Below, one piece after another: positions 10,402-18,964 of a stretch of DNA of 64,000 nucleotides (position 1 is its first letter; every line of letters starts with the position of its first letter). Position numbers and translations under genes: made by a program. A model generated the notes under the pieces. The model had not been told where the DNA came from and did not search any database. It worked only from the letters and a program-made list of their open reading frames with translations. The stretch lies in NCBI GenBank assembly GCA_019057795.1, contig JAHLWS010000005.1:1-64000 (forward strand), read 5' to 3'. The stretch is from Promethearchaeota archaeon (GTDB taxonomy: Archaea; Asgardarchaeota; Lokiarchaeia; Sigyniarchaeales; SOKP01).

Positions 10402-11502
10402 TTGATGGAAACGAATACAAACTTTGAGGAAATTATTCGAGAACTAAATGAACGCGATCTGGAACGATTTAAAAACTTGTCTGATCGCTTTAAACTCCAA
10501 TTAGATAAGATAAAAGATGGATTCGCTCCACCGATTTTAGAAAATTTGAATAATTTTTATTTGGATATATTAAATCATCTCGCTGAGGGTTTCAAATTTA
10601 GATTAAAATTAGTTATCGATACAAATATTATTTTCAGTGAAATAAGAGCAATCCTAATGGGCAAACCTTCATTTTTAAGTAATTTAATTAATATTCCATT
10701 TTTAGAACTATTTGCTCCAAAAAAAATTAGAGAAGAATTATTCAAGACAATAGAAGAAGATTTGCCACCTAATTTAGACAAGGAAAATGCTTATTCCTTA
10801 GCTTATTTTTTTTTTGAAAAAATTAGTATTTTAGACCAAGAAAATGAAGAAGCTTGGGAAAAAGCTCATATCTTACTAAAACAATATGATAAGGATGATA
10901 TTCCTTTTTTAGCATTAGCGATTTCTCTAAATGCACATGGAATAATCACTAAAGACAAACATTTCAATAGACAAGAAGATATGAGCGTCTGGAAATTAGG
11001 AATAAGTGGTAAAGTAACTTCAACAATCTCAAGAGGTGTTTTTTCTCTTTATATCATAGATTATAGCTTTAATAAAATTCTCTTCACTTTAGCAAGGTGT
11101 ATCTTTATTATTTTTCAGGGGTTTCTTGAGTTTTGCCATGAACTTTATTCTGCTATTAAAGCTGCTTTTATTTCAATGCATGAAAAGTATTCTAATTTAC
11201 CCACATGGCTACAAGTAGGTATCCCTGTTATAATCATAACAATTCCTACTTTAATTTTAATTTTTTCAGAAAAAGCTCGTAATTCATTAAAAGATTTCAT
11301 TATAGATTTAAAGGATAATTTGAGTCTATTTATAAAACATTTCAGTGATGATTTGAAATTTAATATCGAAATAATAAAAAACCTAACAATAAAATTATAT
11401 CCTTTTTTTGAATTAGTAATTGAAGGTATGGGCTATCTCTTTTATTCAGCTATTTTACTTGCTAAACAAATAAAGACATTAGAAGATCGATCTGTAATTT
11501 GA
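10402..11502 (+). CDS. PIN-domain nuclease with C-terminal membrane segments
   Basis: LVIDTNII, DKDDIPFLALA and IITKDKHF PIN motifs; TM helix VGIPVIIITIPTLILIF. Confidence 0.75.
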   Translation: MMETNTNFEEIIRELNERDLERFKNLSDRFKLQLDKIKDGFAPPILENLNNFYLDILNHLAEGFKFRLKLVIDTNIIFSEIRAILMGKPSFLSNLINIPFLELFAPKKIREELFKTIEEDLPPNLDKENAYSLAYFFFEKISILDQENEEAWEKAHILLKQYDKDDIPFLALAISLNAHGIITKDKHFNRQEDMSVWKLGISGKVTSTISRGVFSLYIIDYSFNKILFTLARCIFIIFQGFLEFCHELYSAIKAAFISMHEKYSNLPTWLQVGIPVIIITIPTLILIFSEKARNSLKDFIIDLKDNLSLFIKHFSDDLKFNIEIIKNLTIKLYPFFELVIEGMGYLFYSAILLAKQIKTLEDRSVI

Positions 11503-11639
11503 TGAAACTATGATTTTTATCAAAAAGTTTAAATTATCTTAAATTAAGTTGTATTAAAAGAAGTGAAATAGAAAAAGTATCGAATAATGAATTTTTGGAA
11601 TACTTAGTGGATAAGGACAAATAAATTAAAACAGATCAA

Positions 11640-12809
11640 ATGATAAATTTAAGAAATAAAGTATTTTATATAATAATTTTTTGTTTTTCTTATGCTGTTT
11701 TCATTATAGTTGGATTAGGTCTTATGAGTAGATTAAATTATTATACAATTTTCTATACTTTAAAGGGTGATGATATTGTTGATAAAGAAGTATCCTTTGG
11801 GATGAATTTTCTCGGAAGTTTTATAAATTGGTCAGATTCAAATACCTATATTCTATTTTTTGAGGATAGTTTTCTGCTTTTATCCAATTTCATCTATTAC
11901 GCTTATGTTTTTTCTCATGTGATAATTTTAATTGGTTGGATCTTATTCACCTTGTCTAGTGCCAAGAAAAAAAAAAAGCTTGCAATTAGTATCTCCTTCT
12001 TTATTTACATTGGGATCTATATTTTTCTTATTTTTTATATGCCCTTAAGATTAGATCGAATGGTAGATCAAACAAATTTGAAATATATAGAGTTAAAGGA
12101 GTTTAATCCACAAATAACTTATCTTATTTTAAGCTCACCTGCTCCCTACTGTGAGATTTTCATTTGGTTTCCCATTATTTCACTCATTGCTTTTTATCTT
12201 ATTAATTATCTCTCTTTTCAACAATTAGTTGAGAAATTCGCATTTATCCTAAAGAGAGAGATATTTTTCAGAGATTTTTATGAAAAAGTTATAAAAAAAT
12301 ATAATGAAAACGAATATTGGGACATTAAAGAAACACTAGAATGGTGGAATAAGAGAACTCCTCCTCTCGTGAAGAAGCAAAAGCAAATTAAATTTTGTAA
12401 AATAGTTTCATCATTTGCAAACTCACAAGGAGGATTCATTATAATAGGCATTTCCAATTCATTTCCTCGAGAAATAATAGGAGTACCTAATATTGAAAAT
12501 TGGATGAAAGATCTCGAAGAGAAGCTGTTAAGATGGATGAGGTTTGAGAATAAATTCTATAGATTAAAAGAGATACTTCTTCCAAATGAAAATAACCAGA
12601 TGAGGAGATGCATTGCTCTCCTGATATTTCAGACTAAAAAACCCGTTTCGGTTGAAATAACTAAAGGAACATTCTTGTATGGTAAGAGATTAGGTTCAGA
12701 GAGCGTCTCAATTGACCCTAAAATATTAATTAAAGAAAAAAAAGAGGTCTCTAAATTAAACATTGACTTTCTCGAGGAAATGATAAAGGAATATGACTTG
12801 AGTTATTAG
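11640..12809 (+). CDS. Multi-TM protein fused to a Schlafen/AlbA_2 domain
   Basis: About four N-terminal TMs; ENEYWDIKE and VSSFANSQGGFIIIGI match the AlbA_2 signature. Confidence 0.75.
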   Translation: MINLRNKVFYIIIFCFSYAVFIIVGLGLMSRLNYYTIFYTLKGDDIVDKEVSFGMNFLGSFINWSDSNTYILFFEDSFLLLSNFIYYAYVFSHVIILIGWILFTLSSAKKKKKLAISISFFIYIGIYIFLIFYMPLRLDRMVDQTNLKYIELKEFNPQITYLILSSPAPYCEIFIWFPIISLIAFYLINYLSFQQLVEKFAFILKREIFFRDFYEKVIKKYNENEYWDIKETLEWWNKRTPPLVKKQKQIKFCKIVSSFANSQGGFIIIGISNSFPREIIGVPNIENWMKDLEEKLLRWMRFENKFYRLKEILLPNENNQMRRCIALLIFQTKKPVSVEITKGTFLYGKRLGSESVSIDPKILIKEKKEVSKLNIDFLEEMIKEYDLSY

Positions 12810-13086
12810 ATATAAAAGAATAACATAAAAATTTATTATTTAAAAATGATGAACTTCTTTATAAAAATAAATAAATTCAATTAAAATCTTGAAGTGATTA
12901 AAAAACCATCTGAAATCTTATTTAATATTTTTCTCGTATTGCCCTATTGGATTAATTTAAGGAGCGGAGATTATATTTTTCATAATGAAGAAATATTTAA
13001 TTCTCTATAAAAAAACAATAAAATTGAATCAGATACCATCTCAGGTTTGAAAAATTATATACTCAATATTCTGTCTCCTATAATTA

Positions 13087-13123
13087 TTAATTCCTTCCCC
13101 TATGGGCCCCCTCATAAAAAATT
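13087..13123. repeat. C-rich intergenic repeat, copy 4 (closest to the rps11 3' end)
   Basis: TTAATTCCTTCCCCTATGGGCCCCCTCATAAAAAATT; 13097-13112 is 15/16 identical to 39397-39412. Confidence 0.65.
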
Positions 13124-13333
13124 ACTGCTATTATATTGAAATTTCTTGCTTTTATAATATTTTAACACTATTATATATATAAGTGAATAGAAATATGGAG
13201 GATTAAATTCACTGTATTTTAAAAAAGAGTTATAAAGTATGAATGATAAAGAAAGTGTATTTAGATTAGTTTTAGATCTGGACACTTAAACGATTAGTGT
13301 ATTTTAAAAAAGTATTATGCTAATATGCATTAA

Positions 13334-14989
13334 ATGTTTCCTTTAGAGATTTATTTCGTTCTAACTTTAATTTTATTTATAAGCACTATACTCTTTTACA
13401 TCTCAAAAATTAGGGAATATAACTCTCGTAAATCTCAGTATATAATATTGATCTTATTGGTAATCATGTGTGCAATTTACTTTTCAAATTTGGGTTCATT
13501 TAATCCTTCAGACACAGAAGATCCTGTTGAAACCGCAATTTTTAGTGGATTTTCATATTTATTACTATTTTTTTCTGTTTTTGTATTCATTAAATCTTTT
13601 TTTCCTTCTGACCAAGACATTATTGAATTGAAACCCCCTTCAAGATATAGAGCAAGAAAAGGTATTATTGAAATAGGAAAAGTTATGAAAAAAGAAAGAA
13701 AGAAACACAAATTCTTTCTCTCCCTTAAAGATCTTGAAAGACATATGTTCGTATGTGGTACTACGGGCTCTGGGAAGAGTAATTTCTTACAATATCTCTT
13801 AACCAACTTTAAAAAACACTATGATATTCCTTTCTTACTTGTAGAATTTAAGGGGGAATACACGTTTTTACAAGATATAATTGAAGATATGTTAATAATT
13901 AGACCTGGAGAAAATTTTTCTATAAATATATTTAATCCAGAGGGGGCCAATCCAGAAATTCACGCTGAAAGAATTTTTAATATTCTAAAAAGTGGACAAT
14001 TTTTAGATGAGCAATCGGAATTCTCCCCTCAAATGGAAAAAGTCTTGGTGGATATTTTAACAATAGTATGTAGTAATCCACAATATCAGAGCTGGAAAGA
14101 TTTTTTTAACCAATGTGAACAGTATCTAGAAAAGGAGAAAAGAAATATCCCTATGCTACATCAGAGTCTTGTTAGTATTCAAAATAGAATTAGAAGATTT
14201 TCATTGGGACCATTAAAAGCTATTTTTTCTACAAGGTATAAATTGAAAGTAAAAGATCTATTTGACAAGAATATTCTAATCGATCTAAGCTCTATTATAC
14301 GATTAGGTGGAGAAAAAGAAGATGCTCTATTTTTTCTAAATATGGTTTTAAAATATTTATGGGATAAAAATATAACACAAGGAGCGTATCAATTCAAAGG
14401 CATAAAGCACCTGACAATTATCGAAGATGTACAATATTTTGCACCAAAAGATTCATCATCCCAATCCAAATTGACAACTTACTTAGAAGATATCGCACTT
14501 TTACAACGAGGTACTGGCGAATGTTTGATTTCAATTGCCACACGCCCTCAAGTAAGTGGCGAAATTTTAGCAAATTGTGGCGTTTTGATTGTATTTAAAA
14601 GTTATATGCAGAGGAGTCTCCTCCGTGAAATACTGAATCTTGAAGAAGAAAATGAAGATTATTTGTCAATTCTAGAAGAAGGACAATGTATTGCCCGTGT
14701 AAACTCTGTAAGGAGACCATTTCTACTTTGGGTTCCGTATTTCGAAAGACACTGGTTAAAACGGGGAGACGTGAATAGAAAAAACAAACAAATTCTAAAG
14801 AGATTAAAGGATAAAGATAAACCAGATATTAAACTAAATATAGAAGAACTAAAGCAAAATACTAAAAAAGAAATAAAAAACAAAAACAAAAAAAAAGGTT
14901 CTAAACCTCATAAAAAGAAAATTTCACTGGAGAGTAATGGATTTAAGCATAAGATTTATTGCAAATTTTGCGGAAAAGAAGTAGAGTAA
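13334..14989 (+). CDS. HerA/FtsK-like (DUF87) ATPase with N-terminal TMs; C-terminal Zn ribbon cut by an in-frame TAA
   Basis: RHMFVCGTTGSGKS Walker A, IIEDVQ Walker B; the frame continues after the stop as NMEKCEECSTK... to TAA 15100. Confidence 0.8.
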   Translation: MFPLEIYFVLTLILFISTILFYISKIREYNSRKSQYIILILLVIMCAIYFSNLGSFNPSDTEDPVETAIFSGFSYLLLFFSVFVFIKSFFPSDQDIIELKPPSRYRARKGIIEIGKVMKKERKKHKFFLSLKDLERHMFVCGTTGSGKSNFLQYLLTNFKKHYDIPFLLVEFKGEYTFLQDIIEDMLIIRPGENFSINIFNPEGANPEIHAERIFNILKSGQFLDEQSEFSPQMEKVLVDILTIVCSNPQYQSWKDFFNQCEQYLEKEKRNIPMLHQSLVSIQNRIRRFSLGPLKAIFSTRYKLKVKDLFDKNILIDLSSIIRLGGEKEDALFFLNMVLKYLWDKNITQGAYQFKGIKHLTIIEDVQYFAPKDSSSQSKLTTYLEDIALLQRGTGECLISIATRPQVSGEILANCGVLIVFKSYMQRSLLREILNLEEENEDYLSILEEGQCIARVNSVRRPFLLWVPYFERHWLKRGDVNRKNKQILKRLKDKDKPDIKLNIEELKQNTKKEIKNKNKKKGSKPHKKKISLESNGFKHKIYCKFCGKEVE

Positions 14990-15353
14990 AACATGGAAAA
15001 ATGTGAGGAGTGTTCGACCAAATTAGAAAAGGAAGATAAAGAGCATATGGAATTAGAAAAATTCATAGATACTTTGTTGGACAAACAAAAAAAGAGTTAA
15101 AAAGGTTTGATGAAATGCACATGAAAAGATCTCATGCTTTCTCTTATTTTTGTTTTAGAATTCATAGATTATTATTTAATTTTTGTAATTATAAATCTTT
15201 ACCATCTTAAAGATCGTTTTGCTGCAAAATTAACCATCGAAATGTATTTTGCTGCTTTCTCCTATCCTGTTAATCTTGCATTTGATCAATCGTTAAATTA
15301 GATAAGGCAAATACAAATGTGCTTTAAATTCTGGAGTAATAGTATTTTTTATT

Positions 15354-16223
15354 ATGTTACTCAAAGAAGTACCATACTTCTTAATTTGCCCTAAACATAC
15401 GACACGACATAAAAAGGATATCTTCAAGTCAATTTATCATTCACTTTATGACAAGATTGATTCTGTTGTATTACCTGAAGGACATTTTCTAGTTCAAAGT
15501 TATGGTAAAATTTTGGATTCAATTGTAATAGAATTAGATGATGAATCCGATTATAATTTCCTTAAAGCTTTAGGTCCATTTACGACATGGACTTTAAATC
15601 ATTTGGAAGATTATACCATTGGAAAGAATATAATGCAGGATGGATTGAGAGTTGGAACGATTTCGATTTTCGTCCTTAGAGTTTATAGATTACCTAAAAA
15701 TATTTTAATAAAACGGCCTCCTCAACAGAGCGTCTCTAATCAATTTTTTAATTGGGATGTTGAAGATGATGAAGTTTTTGATTTTAAAAATCCAGTTGTG
15801 CCTGAAGAAGAATTCAACGAAATCTTGTCTTCGATCAAATATATTTATTCCTTATACATAGCCATGAAATCTGCAAAAGATGAAAATTTTAAAAACCAAA
15901 TCACTTTCGAAGATTTATGGCAAAAAATTCAATCGAAATTTGAACCTAATATGATAATTTATACTTTGAAGCAAAAAAAAGCCAATGAAATCATCGAAAT
16001 TAACGACTCTGGAATAATAGTCAAAACTGAGAAAGGGACTGAATTAGTAGAAATTGAAATGATAAGAAAAGCATGGGAAAATTTAGTAAAAGATGGTGTT
16101 CTCTACAGAGATGAACATGAGAAATCAACTTATCGAAGCTCGTTTATTTTAGGACTACTATCACAATTTAATTTCATAGAAACAAGCTTGAAAGGTAGAA
16201 TATGTATAAAACTGAAGGTTTAG
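15354..16223 (+). CDS. DUF1802-like (PUA/ASCH-related) domain plus a C-terminal domain of the type seen on restriction proteins
   Basis: VLRVYRLP...PVVPEEEF resembles DUF1802; recalled from memory. Confidence 0.45.
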   Translation: MLLKEVPYFLICPKHTTRHKKDIFKSIYHSLYDKIDSVVLPEGHFLVQSYGKILDSIVIELDDESDYNFLKALGPFTTWTLNHLEDYTIGKNIMQDGLRVGTISIFVLRVYRLPKNILIKRPPQQSVSNQFFNWDVEDDEVFDFKNPVVPEEEFNEILSSIKYIYSLYIAMKSAKDENFKNQITFEDLWQKIQSKFEPNMIIYTLKQKKANEIIEINDSGIIVKTEKGTELVEIEMIRKAWENLVKDGVLYRDEHEKSTYRSSFILGLLSQFNFIETSLKGRICIKLKV

Positions 16224-16264
16224 TTATTTTTTTTTATATCATTAATTAATTAATTAACAAGGAT

Positions 16265-16561
16265 GTGAAAATTATATCTCAGCATAGGTGGTCAAAAGAA
16301 GATCATATAATCGCACTTTATTTATATCGATTTGGTATGGAAAGCTTGGGTGACCCTGTAAAACTATTATCTTTATTAGAAATACCTGTATCCTCAATGA
16401 CAATGAAATTTGCAAATTTAGTTTCAGCAATATATGGTAAAGATGTTGGAAAATTTGGAACTAGTGAATTGGATAAAGAAGTAGTTAAAGAATACCTAAA
16501 TTTGCCACAAGAAGATTATCGAAAACAAGTTTTTGATATCATTTATAAGAAAATGGAATAG
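16265..16561 (+). CDS. Stand-alone domain resembling the N-terminus of HNH restriction endonucleases
   Basis: WSKEDHIIALYLY...SSMTMKFANL...SELDKEV pattern; no HNH domain follows. Confidence 0.45.
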   Translation: MKIISQHRWSKEDHIIALYLYRFGMESLGDPVKLLSLLEIPVSSMTMKFANLVSAIYGKDVGKFGTSELDKEVVKEYLNLPQEDYRKQVFDIIYKKME

Positions 16562-16570
16562 TTTTACTAT

Positions 16571-17620
16571 TCATTCTTGTATCATAGCCTTTTTGAATTC
16601 AGCAATATGAGCATTATTCGCATAAAAGCGTTCTAAAGATTGTTTCATTTCAATAGCTATAGCTTTTATTACTGGGACGGGTACTGAATTAGCTAATTGT
16701 TTATATGCTTGTGTCATTGAAACAGGGAATATAAATGAATCGGGAAATCCTTGCAGTCGCGCCCATTCCCGTTCCGTCATTTTTCTTATCCCCTCGTTAT
16801 TCTTCTTTTTAAGTGGATCATCTCCTGGCCTCCACGCATCGTATTTTATGGTGTCTTTAACCAAATTTCTCTCTTTTCCCATTCCGCCGCAGACGATCGT
16901 ATTGGCCACTTCTTTCCGCCCTATGACCTGGTAACCGAATCCGTGTCCTTTTGCTTTATGACGTGTCCTATGATTTTTTAGCGTGTTCAGATATTGTTGT
17001 GATAAAAAATATTTTGTATTAACATCTTTTTCTAATATATTACCAATTCTAACATTTCTATTTTCGCCTTCAGGAAATTTAAATTTAATATCCTCCCTAA
17101 ATCCAACAATGTATATTCTTTTTCTCTTTTGAGGTAATCTAAAAAGACTGGCATCTAATATTGTGTAATAAATTGTATATCCTAATTCATTCCTTAAAAT
17201 ATCTTCAATAGTGTTAAAAGTTCTGCTTTTATCGTGATTTTTCAAATGTTTAACATTTTCAAGTAGAAAACATAAGGGTTTTTTTTCCCTTATGATATCT
17301 CTAATATAGAAAAAAAGGTTCCCTCTTTCGTCGTTAAAACCCTCCCTATATCCAGCTATTGAGAATGCCTGACACGGAAACCCAGCCAATAAAATATCAA
17401 AATCGGGAATATCTTTGGTAATTACTTCTTTTATATCAGCCTTTGGATTTTCTCCAAAGTTTAATTTGTAAGTTAGACAGCAAAATTCATCTATTTCACA
17501 TGAAAACACAAATTTTATCTGATCTCTGAATGCCTGTTCGAATCCTAATCGAATACCGCCGATACCCGCAAACAGATCAATTGCTTTATATATATACATT
17601 AAATTTATGTCAAAATCCAT
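16571..17620 (-). CDS. dcm: C5-cytosine DNA methyltransferase, M.HpaII-like (copy 1)
   Basis: FAGIGG, GFPCQ, ENV, QxRxR, REWARLQGF; TRD ANTIVCGGMGKERNLV resembles M.HpaII. Confidence 0.95.
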   Translation of the reverse strand: MDFDINLMYIYKAIDLFAGIGGIRLGFEQAFRDQIKFVFSCEIDEFCCLTYKLNFGENPKADIKEVITKDIPDFDILLAGFPCQAFSIAGYREGFNDERGNLFFYIRDIIREKKPLCFLLENVKHLKNHDKSRTFNTIEDILRNELGYTIYYTILDASLFRLPQKRKRIYIVGFREDIKFKFPEGENRNVRIGNILEKDVNTKYFLSQQYLNTLKNHRTRHKAKGHGFGYQVIGRKEVANTIVCGGMGKERNLVKDTIKYDAWRPGDDPLKKKNNEGIRKMTEREWARLQGFPDSFIFPVSMTQAYKQLANSVPVPVIKAIAIEMKQSLERFYANNAHIAEFKKAMIQE

Positions 17621-17728
17621 TATAAATATATGTTACTATATTCTATCTACATACATATATTTAAATTACAGGGAATTAAGAAGACGAAGATTGAGATTCA
17701 TATGGAAAGAACTAGAAAAGAAAGCGTA

Positions 17729-18952
17729 TTATTTTAATTTCCAAAAATCTCTTCCATCCCTATTAATATGAAGAATTTCTTGCTTTCGTACTAATTCACT
17801 TAGTTTAACCTTTAAGAATCTTACATCAAGCATTTCCTTCATTCTTAATTTTGAGACTAAATCATCTAAATCTTGCCATTTATTAGATAGAGTATTAATT
17901 ATATTTTCTTTAGTTATATCTATTATATGAATCTGTCTGGTTTTATCTAATCGTTCTATATCGGGCAATTTTGATTTTAGGGACGCGATTGGGACACTTT
18001 TTTCATATCCTAAAAATATTTTCTGTTTTTCACTTTTTTTTTTTAAAACTACTTTTTTCTTTGAAAGATCTTCTTCTATAATTTCTTTAATTAATTGTTT
18101 GAAATAGTTTTCCCATTTTGTTTTATGTGGTTTTGGCCATTTATTTCCATTTTCAGTTCCAAGTTGTTTTAATTTATTTCGTAATATCTGGGAGTGATTA
18201 GTAGTCCAACTTCCTTTTTTGATCTCATTATTTAATACTTCAATCAATTTAGGAATTTCATTTCTGTGATTAATTAATATTTCTTGTTTATATGATGTCA
18301 TAAAAGTATAGTGAGAATAGGCTACGGGTTTTACTTTTCCTATTTTAGTTATAACTTCATCTAGTATAAGTTCCTTTGGAATAAATTGTGCTAACCTTAA
18401 AAAATTTCTAAAACCTTCAGGGCTATAACCAATTCTTCCATTTGTCGAATATTTCTCGCTTTTTCTTATACCCATCCATTTTATTACTCTATCACCTAGT
18501 AAAGGAATTAAATTTCCAACCATTCTCAAAATTAATCTATTCTCGCTACTAATATCATGTTTAACATCAGTATACCTCTCAGAATCTTTCAAACGTCTTT
18601 TAATAAAACTATGTAAAATTTTTCCAATTGTATGAATTAATGAAGGAGGTTTTTTTCCAGATGTAACTTTTTTTCTACTTGGATCTTCTGGTTCATAAAG
18701 GGCTATACCATCTTTTAACATGTAATCCTTGATTTCCCTTCGAATTTTCAAAGCTGCACTACCTGAAAGAAGAACAAACGCATCTTTAGCCCACTTCTCT
18801 TTTGAGGAATAGATCAATTGCTCTGCTAATGTACTCAGTTCTATTGTAAGATCAATATCAGAAATACCTAAAATTGTCTCCTCATTAGTCATATCAGCTT
18901 CAAAGATCTCATCTTCATTCTTTATTTTATCTTCATCAATAATACCTGACAC
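17729..18952 (-). CDS. Hypothetical protein with probable C-terminal winged helix
   Basis: 407 aa; sits in the operon between the GHKL gene and dcm. Confidence 0.65.
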   Translation of the reverse strand: MSGIIDEDKIKNEDEIFEADMTNEETILGISDIDLTIELSTLAEQLIYSSKEKWAKDAFVLLSGSAALKIRREIKDYMLKDGIALYEPEDPSRKKVTSGKKPPSLIHTIGKILHSFIKRRLKDSERYTDVKHDISSENRLILRMVGNLIPLLGDRVIKWMGIRKSEKYSTNGRIGYSPEGFRNFLRLAQFIPKELILDEVITKIGKVKPVAYSHYTFMTSYKQEILINHRNEIPKLIEVLNNEIKKGSWTTNHSQILRNKLKQLGTENGNKWPKPHKTKWENYFKQLIKEIIEEDLSKKKVVLKKKSEKQKIFLGYEKSVPIASLKSKLPDIERLDKTRQIHIIDITKENIINTLSNKWQDLDDLVSKLRMKEMLDVRFLKVKLSELVRKQEILHINRDGRDFWKLK

Positions 18953-18964
18953 TTAATACCACCA

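Noticed and set aside
7694-13123. C-rich repeats as a CRISPR array
   Set aside because: Spacing is 0.5-3 kb with whole genes between copies, the copies are degenerate, and no cas genes are present.
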